This document shows positions 27,916 through 36,911 of a stretch of DNA of 40,000 nt, piece after piece. A program made the translations under genes and the position numbers. The DNA is from Desemzia incerta. GTDB lineage: Bacteria; Bacillota; Bacilli; Lactobacillales; Carnobacteriaceae. The DNA lies in the NCBI RefSeq assembly GCF_900115825.1, contig NZ_FOXW01000002.1, forward strand, positions 51,795 through 91,794, in the 5' to 3' direction. Numbering within the stretch: the stretch's first letter is position 1; every line of letters begins with the position of its first letter. The notes under the pieces were generated by a model, which was not told the origin of the DNA, made no database searches, and worked only from the letters and a program-made list of their open reading frames with translations.

Positions 27916-28878
27916 TTAGTTGCTTTCTGTTTTAACTTGTTTCTCTGCGATTCTTAATTTTGCACTTCTAGCTCGGTTGTTTTGTTCCAGTTCTTCTTCA
28001 CTAGGTAATATAGGCTTACGTGTAATGATTTTCAATTCTGCCATATATTCTGTAGGCAACACCGGCAATCCGGGCGGCAATTGAGGTCCTCTGGCACGAT
28101 CTTTGTATATGGATTGGACAATTCTGTCTTCTAGAGAGTGGAAAGTGATCACGCTGATTCTTCCATTCACATTTAATAGATCAATAGCTTTTTCTAAAGA
28201 CTCTTCCACAGCATCTAATTCATCATTTACAGCTATTCTGATTGCTTGGAAGGTTCTTTTGGCTGGATGACCGCCTTTTCTGCGAGCAGGTGCTGGAATA
28301 GCTTCTTTGATCAATTCAACTAGTTCGCCCGTCGTTTCAATTGGAGCTGTCTCTCTGGCTTTTTCGATTTTGCGTGCGATTTGTTTAGAGAATTTTTCTT
28401 CTCCGTAACGGTAAAAGATTTTGACTAATTTCTCGTAAGGCCAGTCGTTAACTACTTCTTTTGCAGTTAACGGAGATTGGGTATCCATTCTCATGTCTAA
28501 AGGTGCATCTTGATGATAGCTGAAGCCTCGTTCGGCTTGATCCAACTGCGGAGAAGATACTCCTAAATCGTATAAAATCCCATCCACCGAATGAACGCCA
28601 AGAGCATTCAATTCTTCTGTGATATAACGGAAATTCGACTTGATAAACGTTACCATTCCTTTTTCTACATAATGGCTCAACTTTTCTTTTGCATTAGCAA
28701 TGGCTGTTTCATCTTGATCGAAAGCATATAAATGCCCTTTTTCATTTAATTGAGAGAGCAGGTATTCGCTGTGTCCAGCTCCTCCAAGGGTACAATCGAC
28801 ATATGTTCCTTCAGGAGAAATGGACAATCCATCTACCGTCTCGTGTAGTAAGACTGTTTCGTGTTTAAATTCTGGCAT
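27916..28878 (-). CDS. rsmH: 16S rRNA (cytosine1402-N4)-methyltransferase
   Basis: 320 aa, HETVLL...[12 protein letters not shown]...DLGVSS. Confidence 0.97.
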   Translation of the reverse strand: MPEFKHETVLLHETVDGLSISPEGTYVDCTLGGAGHSEYLLSQLNEKGHLYAFDQDETAIANAKEKLSHYVEKGMVTFIKSNFRYITEELNALGVHSVDGILYDLGVSSPQLDQAERGFSYHQDAPLDMRMDTQSPLTAKEVVNDWPYEKLVKIFYRYGEEKFSKQIARKIEKARETAPIETTGELVELIKEAIPAPARRKGGHPAKRTFQAIRIAVNDELDAVEESLEKAIDLLNVNGRISVITFHSLEDRIVQSIYKDRARGPQLPPGLPVLPTEYMAELKIITRKPILPSEEELEQNNRARSAKLRIAEKQVKTESN

Positions 28879-28906
28879 CTATATCTCCCTTTCAATTTCT
28901 TATCGG

Positions 28907-29338
28907 TTAAAATCCGAAATCGATCATACTTTCAGCAATGTCTTCGTAGGATTCTTCTGCTTCAACAGCATACTGGCTCCATCTTTCATTGCTCCAAATT
29001 TCGATCCGTTCCGATACTCCTATAACGTGACATTCTTTGTCTAATTTTGCGTATTGTCTTAAGTTTTGAGGAATGTTGATTCTGCCTTGCTTATCCAACT
29101 CACATTCTGTGGCGGCGGAATAAAAGAAACGCGTAAATTGACGTGCATCTTTTTTAGCAAGCGGTAATTGTTTTAGCTTTTCTTCTAGTTCAGACCATTC
29201 TTCTTGCGGGTAACCAAATAAACAGCCATCAAGCCCACGAGTAATAATAAATCTCTCGCCTAAGTCATCTCTGAATTTAGCTGGCATGATCAACCGGCCT
29301 TTTGCATCAATATTGTGCTGATATTCACCGATAAGCAT
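28907..29338 (-). CDS. mraZ: Transcriptional regulator MraZ
   Basis: 143 aa, [23 protein letters not shown], with a second SpoVT/AbrB repeat [15 protein letters not shown]. Confidence 0.97.
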   Translation of the reverse strand: MLIGEYQHNIDAKGRLIMPAKFRDDLGERFIITRGLDGCLFGYPQEEWSELEEKLKQLPLAKKDARQFTRFFYSAATECELDKQGRINIPQNLRQYAKLDKECHVIGVSERIEIWSNERWSQYAVEAEESYEDIAESMIDFGF

Positions 29339-29380
29339 GTACTTTGGTCACCCCTATCATCCCTATTTAAATTCAGTCTA

Positions 29381-29407
29381 CCACAATCCCCCACTTTCCA
29401 CCACCAC
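29381..29407 (-). promoter_or_regulatory. Putative MraZ operator: GTGG direct repeats at 10-bp phasing
   Basis: The minus strand reads GTGGTGGTGGAAAGTGGGGGATTGTGG. On the plus strand, CCAC occurs at 29381, 29391 and 29401 (exact 10-bp period), 43-70 nt upstream of the mraZ ATG. The stretch contains AAAGTGG. Confidence 0.45.
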
Positions 29408-29609
29408 ATTCCGAAATTTTTGTGATTTTTTTTCATATCTCATAAACCGTTGTCATTACTGGCGTGGCAACACTTAAAAATTAAAATGTTCCTACATTTC
29501 ATTTGTAACAAACTGATTACTTTTTCTAATTATTTTCCTTTTGGTCTATAGAGCAATTTTCTTGAAAATAAGTCTATAATATGGGGTGGGTTTTCCGTTT
29601 CTAGGATAC

Positions 29610-29644
29610 AAAAAAAGAACGATGAGATTAAGATCTCATCGTTC
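29610..29644 (-). terminator. Intrinsic terminator of the DUF3397 gene
   Basis: 12-bp stem GAACGATGAGAT/ATCTCATCGTTC, 4-nt loop, U7 on the minus strand. Confidence 0.8.
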
Positions 29645-29652
29645 TTCGCTTT

Positions 29653-30027
29653 CTAAACACTTATGATAATGCTTGTAGCTGCTAATCCATAATATGTAAT
29701 GATGGAACTAATAAAAACAAAGCGCCACCAGCTCTTAAAAAACTTCCCATATAGAATCTCGCCTTTTTTCACAGCTAAATACAAGAGCAAGACTATTGCT
29801 AAGGAAAAAATAAAGATTAAAAAGTATGGGAAAACAGTCAATCCAAGTGTCAGCATACTTAATATATGAATACCTACTATTAAGTAAGGAACAAGCAAGT
29901 CTGCCAGCTTGAGAGTCAGACGTTGTCTTCGAAAATGTCGATTGATTTTTTTATTGAATAATAGGAATAAAAGAATCGGTACTAAAAATAACACGATTCG
30001 CATAACAAATACTGAATCCAACACCAT
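29653..30027 (-). CDS. DUF3397-like small membrane protein
   Basis: 124 aa, four predicted TM helices. SD GGAGGG. Conserved position upstream of mraZ in Bacilli. Confidence 0.7.
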   Translation of the reverse strand: MVLDSVFVMRIVLFLVPILLFLLFNKKINRHFRRQRLTLKLADLLVPYLIVGIHILSMLTLGLTVFPYFLIFIFSLAIVLLLYLAVKKGEILYGKFFKSWWRFVFISSIITYYGLAATSIIISV

Positions 30028-30111
30028 TTACTTGCCCTCCATCTATGAATAAGTTATTCAAATTGTACACTATTTTCATCTTTATTACTCTAACAAATTA
30101 GTTGAAACTTC

Positions 30112-30148
30112 GCAAAAAAAATAATCCTGAGAAAATCTCAAGATTATT
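30112..30148 (-). terminator. rpmF intrinsic terminator
   Basis: 13-bp stem AATAATCTTGAGA/TCTCAGGATTATT. It is fully paired only on the minus strand (through a G-U pair) and is followed by U8. Confidence 0.85.
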
Positions 30149-30179
30149 TTTATCTTAAGAGCGCAATAACAGAAAGTTA

Positions 30180-30359
30180 TTATGCTTCTTTAGATGATAC
30201 CTCTTTTCCATCATAGAAACCGCATGATGCACATACGTGATGGCTTTTTTTCAATTCACCACAATTAGGGCAAGCGTTCATACCTGGAACTTCTAATTTA
30301 AAGTGAGTACGACGTCTGTTTTTCTTAGCTTTTGATGTTCTTCTTGCTGGTACTGCCAT
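30180..30359 (-). CDS. rpmF: 50S ribosomal protein L32 (Zn-ribbon form)
   Basis: ATG 30359 ([19 protein letters not shown]) follows SD AAGGAGGTG. CxxC...CxxC motif. Confidence 0.97.
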   Translation of the reverse strand: MAVPARRTSKAKKNRRRTHFKLEVPGMNACPNCGELKKSHHVCASCGFYDGKEVSSKEA

Positions 30360-30410
30360 TCTATACACCTCCTTAAACAATTGTTTCATTTTTAACTAAC
30401 ATGAAACAAG

Positions 30411-30986
30411 TTAGTCTTCATCTGGATTACTATTAGATTCATCATCTTTAAAAAAATCTTTCAGATTCGCAAAACGCGAATCAATAGCGTCTTCAGATTT
30501 TTTTTCTTTTGAATAGTAATCTTCTTCTGAAATTACTTTCCAACTATTTCCACTTGGCATATCTTCTGCTTCTTTTTCTTCTTCAGTAAATACTTGAAGA
30601 GGAAGATTAAGCAAAATCGTATCCTCGATACTTTCTGCTAAATCGATCCAGTCATGTTCTAAATAAATCACAACTTCATCTTCTCTAGCAGCAGTTTCAT
30701 TAGATGCTGATTTTGGAATATACACTTCATTTATCACAAATTCCATTGGAAATAATACAGGTTTTAGTGATCTTGCAGAAGGAAGTGTTAATTGTAATGA
30801 AACATTCATATGAAGAATCAATTCATCATCATTAACAGTTAAGATTCCATCCAAATGAATCGGTGAAACGTCTAATATTTCACTTTCTCTTTTTAACAAG
30901 GATTCTTTTAAATCCACCTCATCATTAAAGACAAAAGGTTCATTTAGATATCGTTTTAATTCGTTTAGTGACCACTTCATTTTCAT
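30411..30986 (-). CDS. yceD: YceD family protein (DUF177, ribosome maturation)
   Basis: 191 aa with an acidic tail, immediately upstream of rpmF as in most bacteria. Confidence 0.88.
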   Translation of the reverse strand: MKMKWSLNELKRYLNEPFVFNDEVDLKESLLKRESEILDVSPIHLDGILTVNDDELILHMNVSLQLTLPSARSLKPVLFPMEFVINEVYIPKSASNETAAREDEVVIYLEHDWIDLAESIEDTILLNLPLQVFTEEEKEAEDMPSGNSWKVISEEDYYSKEKKSEDAIDSRFANLKDFFKDDESNSNPDED

Positions 30987-31015
30987 TTCTCTTCACTCCT
31001 AAAGCAACAAAATTT

Positions 31016-31044
31016 ATTATACTAGTGATAAAAACCTTTGTCAA
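31016..31044 (-). promoter_or_regulatory. Consensus sigma-A promoter of the yceD-rpmF operon
   Basis: The minus strand reads TTGACA (31044-31039), a 17-nt spacer, then TATAAT (31021-31016). Confidence 0.7.
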
Positions 31045-31092
31045 GATATTTTACCTTACACCTCTAAGTTCTTTTTGATTGATTTCATGCGT

Positions 31093-32304
31093 TTATGCTT
31101 CCACTTTTCGCAAAGGCAAACGATGAAAATCTTGTTCTTTCGTTACTTCTCCAGTTGCTAGTTGATAAATTTTTCCTGCTTGAATATCTATTTCCCACAA
31201 ATCCTTATTCTTTTGATGCAAACGACTAATGATCGGAATCGAAACACTCTTTTTGATCTGGCTTAAATATTGCTGACCAGCGGCGGAAAAACCCAAAACT
31301 CGAATCGCTTTTGGTCCATCTAGAGCTTCGTCTGCAATATCTTTTGTGAATTGCAGCAAGACATAAGTGAACAACCGCTGCAACCGAACCCATGTGTAGC
31401 GTTTGGTTTTCACCAATTCTACAAAATGCTCAAAATTCTCGGCTTGTGTGACGAACTCTTTCAATCGGTATTCAATACCCTCGTTCATTTGATACGTTTG
31501 TCTCAATTGTTCTTCTGATTGGACGATCAGTTGGTACTTTAAAAAGGGCCAAAAGGCATTCCAGTCGACAAGCTGACTATCTACCAATATGTTGAACACT
31601 TTAGCTGGAACTGCCGCTTTGAGTGCTTGTTTATCAACATTGGATATCTGACCGGAAATCTGTTGTTCGAGAAGCTGTTTTCGAATCGCTGTAGCACTTT
31701 GAAAAGACGTTTTTTGGAGCTGTTTCTCATGGTAACCTGCTCCGAGACGTTGGATAGGTTCCAATAACATAGGATGACGGTATCGGCTGTTTTCTTTGGC
31801 ATAAGCCAACCCTAAGATAGTGTTGGGCAACTGCAAGTCAAGGCTGTGTTTTGATAAGACAGACTCTGCTGCTTGCTGCATCTGCTCTGAATAAGTGCCG
31901 CCGTTATTTTTGAACTGCTGAAATGCTGCTTCGATTTGTTCTTCATTTTTGAGCCAATCAGCTGCAAATTGTTGAAATTCTTCTGCTGTTCCGCTTTCTG
32001 TACCAAAAGACAACACATCACATCTCATTTCTTGCAGCAGGGCTACTCCACCTTTAGCAAAATAATCTGCCGGCTGCACACTAAACGCTACAGGCAGCTC
32101 AATCACAATATCTGCTCCTGAAGCCAAAGCCATTTCTGCTCGCTTCCATTTATCCACTATGGCGGGTTCACCCCGTTGCAAGAAATTACCGCTCATTACA
32201 ACAATCATGACGTCAGCGGAAGTTTTTTTCTTCGCTTCTTCTATCTGATATTGATGTCCTTTATGGAAGGGATTGTATTCTGCAATAATGCCGCAACTCT
32301 TCAC
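31093..32304 (-). CDS. tmcAL: tRNA(Met) cytidine acetate ligase (YlbM/UPF0348 nucleotidyltransferase)
   Basis: 403 aa, GTG start, CGIIAEYNPFHKGHQYQI signature. Confidence 0.88.
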   Translation of the reverse strand: MKSCGIIAEYNPFHKGHQYQIEEAKKKTSADVMIVVMSGNFLQRGEPAIVDKWKRAEMALASGADIVIELPVAFSVQPADYFAKGGVALLQEMRCDVLSFGTESGTAEEFQQFAADWLKNEEQIEAAFQQFKNNGGTYSEQMQQAAESVLSKHSLDLQLPNTILGLAYAKENSRYRHPMLLEPIQRLGAGYHEKQLQKTSFQSATAIRKQLLEQQISGQISNVDKQALKAAVPAKVFNILVDSQLVDWNAFWPFLKYQLIVQSEEQLRQTYQMNEGIEYRLKEFVTQAENFEHFVELVKTKRYTWVRLQRLFTYVLLQFTKDIADEALDGPKAIRVLGFSAAGQQYLSQIKKSVSIPIISRLHQKNKDLWEIDIQAGKIYQLATGEVTKEQDFHRLPLRKVEA

Positions 32305-32361
32305 TAGATCGTCTGCCTTTCTAAACTGTCGTCTTCTATCTTATTTCTAAAGCTCTGTTGA

Positions 32362-33099
32362 TTATTTTTTATGACAAACAAAAAACCATCGTGTGCTCTC
32401 TTCTGTTATCTCTTCTTCTCCATACTCAGCCGATACTTCTATAGAAGCAAATCCAGCTTTCTTCAACATATCAACGTAAGTCTGTAGTTGATATGTCCGC
32501 TCTTTATGAGTTTCATCGAATCGTTCGTATAAATCTATCTCATCTTGATAAACGAAAAAAGTTAAATCGTGTTCAATGGAATGCGGATACTCTCCCGCAA
32601 AACTTTTCCATAGAAAACTCACTTCTTCTGTTTGATCATTGAAGGTATAGCCAGGAAAGATTTCATCTATTTGATAAACAGAGTGGACATCAAATAGAAA
32701 CACCCCATCTTCCGTCAAATGTTGATAAACTTGATTAAAAGCAGTCTGAACAGATTCTTCATCAGGCAAATAACAAATCGAATCACAATAACACGTAACG
32801 GCATCAAATTGCTCCAAAGCTGTTAAATCGGTCATGTCTCCTTGCACGAATGGAATAACTGTTCCAGCTTCTTTTGAGCGTTTTTCAGCTATTTCCAACA
32901 TCTGCGCAGACAAATCCAACCCTGTAACTTTTAACCCCTCTTGCTGCATCTTAATGGCCAAATGACCTGCTCCACAAGCTAGGTCTAGTACATTTTGATG
33001 ATGTTCGACAAGATTTTTCTTCGTGAATAAGACCCACTGATCATACAATTCTTCATCCATCAAATCATCATACACTTGGGCAAAAATGTTGTAACTCAT
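32362..33099 (-). CDS. Class I SAM-dependent methyltransferase (YqeM-like)
   Basis: 245 aa, VLDLACGAGHLA SAM-binding motif. Last gene of the yqe operon. Confidence 0.85.
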   Translation of the reverse strand: MSYNIFAQVYDDLMDEELYDQWVLFTKKNLVEHHQNVLDLACGAGHLAIKMQQEGLKVTGLDLSAQMLEIAEKRSKEAGTVIPFVQGDMTDLTALEQFDAVTCYCDSICYLPDEESVQTAFNQVYQHLTEDGVFLFDVHSVYQIDEIFPGYTFNDQTEEVSFLWKSFAGEYPHSIEHDLTFFVYQDEIDLYERFDETHKERTYQLQTYVDMLKKAGFASIEVSAEYGEEEITEESTRWFFVCHKK

Positions 33100-33100
33100 G

Positions 33101-33457
33101 TTACATCATTCCAGAAATATCAACTAGTGGTGCGTCACTCCATAATTTTTCCAAGTTGTAGAATGAACGTTCTGTGTAATGGAATACGTGAACGACAACA
33201 TCTCCTAAATCGATCAAAATCCATTTAGCAGAGTCTTTTCCTTCTACGTGTTTCACTGTGTATCCAGCTTTTTCTACACTGTCTACGATTCCTTCAGCAA
33301 TAGCTGCAACTTGTCTATCATTATTTCCGTGCATCACTACAAAATAATCGGCTAAAAGAGAGATTCCTGCAACGTCCATCGCCATAATATCTTCAGCTCT
33401 TTTATCGTCACCCGCTTTAACTACTGTTTTTAATAATTCCATATTTGTTTCAATCAT
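33101..33457 (-). CDS. rsfS: Ribosome silencing factor RsfS
   Basis: 118 aa, ...ADYFVVMHGNNDRQV...WILIDLGDVVVHVF.... Confidence 0.93.
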   Translation of the reverse strand: MIETNMELLKTVVKAGDDKRAEDIMAMDVAGISLLADYFVVMHGNNDRQVAAIAEGIVDSVEKAGYTVKHVEGKDSAKWILIDLGDVVVHVFHYTERSFYNLEKLWSDAPLVDISGMM

Positions 33458-33467
33458 GTTTTTCCTC

Positions 33468-34076
33468 CTATTTGTCAGCTACCCATCTATTGTAAGTAGC
33501 TACGGCTCTTGGGTAAATCTTTTTCTTTGTTTGAATCAAATGAGCTAACGTCTGCTGCGTTCCGAATGATACCGCTGCTTCTAGGTCTTCGTCAGCCAAG
33601 CGGCGAGCTTCTTCCACACCTGGAAACTGTCTTCCAGCTTCGATATAATCAGCTACATAAATCACTTGCTCTAGTAAAGACATTTCACTTCTGCCAACCG
33701 TATGGTAACGAATAGCGTTTAAGATATCCTCATCAAAAAGATGATACTCTCTTTTTACGATTTCCGCTGCGCAAGGTCCATGCCAAATGTTGCTGCCATA
33801 ATCTATCATTTCGCTGGGCAATCCAGTTTCTTTGATCAACTCTTTCATCTCTTGGTCAGGTTTTTCTTTTGCCATGTCATGGCATAGTGCTGCAATACTA
33901 GCTGCTTCTATGGATGCTCCATATTGTTCAGCTAATCGGACTGCTGCTGCTTCTACTCCCAACACATGCTTAAAGCGTTTAGCACTCATTTGAATCCTTG
34001 CTTGTCCCTTCAATTCTTCACGGGTCAGAGCGAAGTAGCGGTTTGAATAGATCAGCTCATCAACCTCACTTTTCAT
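33468..34076 (-). CDS. yqeK: Bis(5'-nucleosyl)-tetraphosphatase, symmetrical (YqeK, HD domain)
   Basis: 202 aa. HD motif (RFKHVLGV...LCHDMAK). Overlaps nadD by 11 nt. Confidence 0.9.
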   Translation of the reverse strand: MKSEVDELIYSNRYFALTREELKGQARIQMSAKRFKHVLGVEAAAVRLAEQYGASIEAASIAALCHDMAKEKPDQEMKELIKETGLPSEMIDYGSNIWHGPCAAEIVKREYHLFDEDILNAIRYHTVGRSEMSLLEQVIYVADYIEAGRQFPGVEEARRLADEDLEAAVSFGTQQTLAHLIQTKKKIYPRAVATYNRWVADK

Positions 34077-34710
34077 CTCTATACAACCCTTCTTGTTGAA
34101 TATAGTCTAAAACTGCTGCCGGCACTAAGTAGTTAACTGTACAGCCTCTGGCAATGTTTTTTCTAACTGAAGTAGAACTCACTTCTATTTCCGGAACATC
34201 TACCCATATCAAAGGATATTGAGTATCGATCACGTATCCTGGACGTTTTACTCCTACAAACTGAACCAGCTGCATCAATCCGTCAATCTTGTACCATTTA
34301 GGTAAATAGTTGACCATGTCTGCTCCAATAATAAAATAATATTCTGTATCAGGATGACGTTGAATCAATTCCAACATCGTATCGTAAGTGTAGCTTTTTC
34401 CGCCACGCTCAACCTCAATCGTTTCAATATCAAATTGAGGATTGTCTGAGATAGCTCGTTTCACCATATTTACCCTATGTTTAGCGTCAATGGTTTTTTT
34501 AGCATCCACATGAGGAGGATTAGCAGTCGGCATAAAGTAGACTTTATCCAACCCTAATTGTTGGCATACTTGATCTGCAACAACCAAATGTGCCAGATGT
34601 GGAGGATTGAATGTTCCTCCAAGAATACCCACTCTTTTCTTTGTTTCCGTTTCAGTTAATACTTCACTTAAAACTTGAGTTTGTTTCCCAGAAAAAAATG
34701 ACTCTCTCAC
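34066..34710 (-). CDS. nadD: Nicotinate-nucleotide adenylyltransferase
   Basis: 214 aa, GTG start, GILGGTFNPPHLAH motif. Confidence 0.93.
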   Translation of the reverse strand: MRESFFSGKQTQVLSEVLTETETKKRVGILGGTFNPPHLAHLVVADQVCQQLGLDKVYFMPTANPPHVDAKKTIDAKHRVNMVKRAISDNPQFDIETIEVERGGKSYTYDTMLELIQRHPDTEYYFIIGADMVNYLPKWYKIDGLMQLVQFVGVKRPGYVIDTQYPLIWVDVPEIEVSSTSVRKNIARGCTVNYLVPAAVLDYIQQEGLYRDEK

Positions 34711-34746
34711 ACAACTTCCACTCCTTCTTACTGTAAACTCTAAAGA

Positions 34747-35058
34747 TTATTTTTTAGGGATATCTAATGAGATCTTGCGGTATTTCTCTTGTGAAGATGG
34801 TTTAAACAACACGATCACACGACCGATTTTTTGGATGACTTCGCAGTGGACTGCTTGTTCGATTGCTTCTGCAACTTCAGAAACGTCTTCATCTGCATTT
34901 TGCAATAACGAGACTTTGATCAATTCTCTTTTTTCCAAAGCTTCCCCGATCTGTACTAACATTTCTGGATTCATCCCATTTTTACCTACTTGAAAAATAG
35001 GGTTCAAATGATGTGCTTTGCTTCTTAAAAAACTTTTTTGCTTACCTGATAAGTTCAT
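34747..35058 (-). CDS. yhbY: Ribosome assembly RNA-binding protein YhbY (CRM domain)
   Basis: 103 aa, LSGKQKSFLRSKAHHLNPIFQVGKNG. Confidence 0.88.
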   Translation of the reverse strand: MNLSGKQKSFLRSKAHHLNPIFQVGKNGMNPEMLVQIGEALEKRELIKVSLLQNADEDVSEVAEAIEQAVHCEVIQKIGRVIVLFKPSSQEKYRKISLDIPKK

Positions 35059-35089
35059 AGTAACTCTCCATTTCTATACTCGATTGACA

Positions 35090-36223
35090 TTAAATAATTG
35101 ACTTTCTGATTAAAACATCGATGCCTTTAGGCGCCCATCCGGCTACCACTACACCTGGCTTGGCTACAGTGATCCATCCTAAACCGGCAAAAACAATGTC
35201 TGACTTTTCTTTGATTGAGAACTCAAAACGAACCAGCTCAGGAAAAGCATCTTTTTCTTCCATGCGCGGCGGCTGCAATAAAGCTCCTTTTTGTTTTGCA
35301 TACAATTCATCCGCTTTTTCCAATTTTGTCCGATGAATAGTTAAATCATTTGAGACGTAACAAGTAAAGGAACTTCTTTCACCTTTGATGAAATCAAAAC
35401 GAGCTACTCCACCAAAAAACAAGGTTTGTGCTTCGTTCAATTGATAGACTTTCGGTTTGATTTCTTTTTTAGGTGCGATCAATCGCAAGTCTTTCGCTCC
35501 TAATACGTGAGCCATTTGGTGACGATGGATGATTCCCGGTGTATCAATCAAAGCTTTGCCGTTGTCTAAAGGAATCTCGATTTGATCTAATGTAGTACCT
35601 GGAAACTGAGAAACAGTAATCAAATCTTGAACCCCTGCCGAACTTTTGATAGTTTGATTGATGATACTTGATTTCCCAACATTGGTCACACCGACTACAT
35701 AAACATCTTTTCCATTACGGTATTTTTCAATGGCTTCTTTCAACTCATCTATTTCGTTAGTTTTCATCGCACTAGTCAAGACTACATCTACTGGACGTAA
35801 ACCAATTTCATGCGCTCTTTCACGCAACCACTGAGTCAAACGGCCTCTTTTTTGCGACTTAGGCAATAGATCCACTTTATTCCCCACAAGCAATACAGGG
35901 TTTTTCCCAACGAATCGATGCAGCCCCGGAATGACGCTTCCATTAAAATCGAATACATCTACTACGTTTACAATCAAGGCATCTTTAGAGCCGATTTCGT
36001 TTAGTAATTTTAAGAAATCGTCATCTGTCAAATGAACGTCTTGTATTTCATTGTAATGACGCAATCTGAAACAACGTTGACAGTAAACTTCTCCCGTTTC
36101 TAAACCTTTCTCTAAAGCTGCTGCAGGTGTATATCCAGGTTTAGTTTTGTCTGTTGTCTGTAATATTGCACCACAGCCAATACAACGAATCTCTTCTTCG
36201 TTATTTAACTCTGTCTTTGTCAT
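35090..36223 (-). CDS. yqeH: Ribosome biogenesis GTPase YqeH
   Basis: 377 aa. N-terminal Zn-finger CIGCGA...CQRC. Circularly permuted GTPase motifs NKVDLL...GVTNVGKSS. Confidence 0.92.
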   Translation of the reverse strand: MTKTELNNEEEIRCIGCGAILQTTDKTKPGYTPAAALEKGLETGEVYCQRCFRLRHYNEIQDVHLTDDDFLKLLNEIGSKDALIVNVVDVFDFNGSVIPGLHRFVGKNPVLLVGNKVDLLPKSQKRGRLTQWLRERAHEIGLRPVDVVLTSAMKTNEIDELKEAIEKYRNGKDVYVVGVTNVGKSSIINQTIKSSAGVQDLITVSQFPGTTLDQIEIPLDNGKALIDTPGIIHRHQMAHVLGAKDLRLIAPKKEIKPKVYQLNEAQTLFFGGVARFDFIKGERSSFTCYVSNDLTIHRTKLEKADELYAKQKGALLQPPRMEEKDAFPELVRFEFSIKEKSDIVFAGLGWITVAKPGVVVAGWAPKGIDVLIRKSII

Positions 36224-36746
36224 GTATTGATGTCCTCCATCTCATATCTGGGTCTTTCTTGATCAAATAATTCATAATGTGCAATTCAAAAAAGCGATTG
36301 ATGCGCGTATTCCATGCATCAGAGTTTAGAATGGGTTTGACAAGCACATTACGGATACCGGCGATATTCGCTCCCCAAATATCTGTCATGATTTGATCTC
36401 CTACCATTAAAATCTGTTCCTTAGGCAATTTCAGCCCCTCAGCAGCTTCATTAAACCCTTTTGATAAAGGCTTCATAGCGCGAGGAACATAGCGTACACC
36501 CAATAATTCTGCTACACGTTTGACACGTTCATCACTATTGTTCGACAGAATAATGATTGGTATATCTACTTCCTTCATCACTTGAATCCAAGCAATCAAT
36601 TCTTCCGTACCATTTGGATTGTTCCAAGCGATCAGTGTGTTGTCCAAATCTGTCAAAACGGCTTTTATATTGTGCTCTCTCAACTGCTCCGGAGTGATCT
36701 GATAGATTGCTTCTACCATCCAGGTAGGTTTAAATATATTTAACAT
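36201..36746 (-). CDS. yqeG: YqeG family HAD-IIIA phosphatase
   Basis: 181 aa, VLTDLDNTL HAD motif I and GDQIMTD motif. Overlaps yqeH by 23 nt. Confidence 0.88.
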   Translation of the reverse strand: MLNIFKPTWMVEAIYQITPEQLREHNIKAVLTDLDNTLIAWNNPNGTEELIAWIQVMKEVDIPIIILSNNSDERVKRVAELLGVRYVPRAMKPLSKGFNEAAEGLKLPKEQILMVGDQIMTDIWGANIAGIRNVLVKPILNSDAWNTRINRFFELHIMNYLIKKDPDMRWRTSIHDKDRVK

Positions 36747-36812
36747 AACATCTCCCTACTCATTAAAATGGGAGCACTGTATTGAGTACTCCCATAGTAT
36801 TCTATGTTTTTA

Positions 36813-36840
36813 TTATACGCGAAAAGCTGAGAATATCAAT
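36813..36840 (-). promoter_or_regulatory. Putative sigma-A promoter of the yqeG...yqeM operon
   Basis: The minus strand reads TTGATA (36840-36835), a 16-nt spacer, then TATAAT (36818-36813). Confidence 0.55.
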
Positions 36841-36911
36841 TTTCTCTAGACATCTTCTTCCTTCCAATAAGCATCAATCTATTTGTAGGAAGAAAGGCCA
36901 TCTCAGTTTGT

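Noticed and set aside
31581-32021. Same-strand alternative-frame ORFs inside tmcAL (31581..31802, 31812..32021), and 18061..18291 inside ftsZ
   Set aside because: They are nested in conserved genes in the wrong frame and have no independent translation signals.
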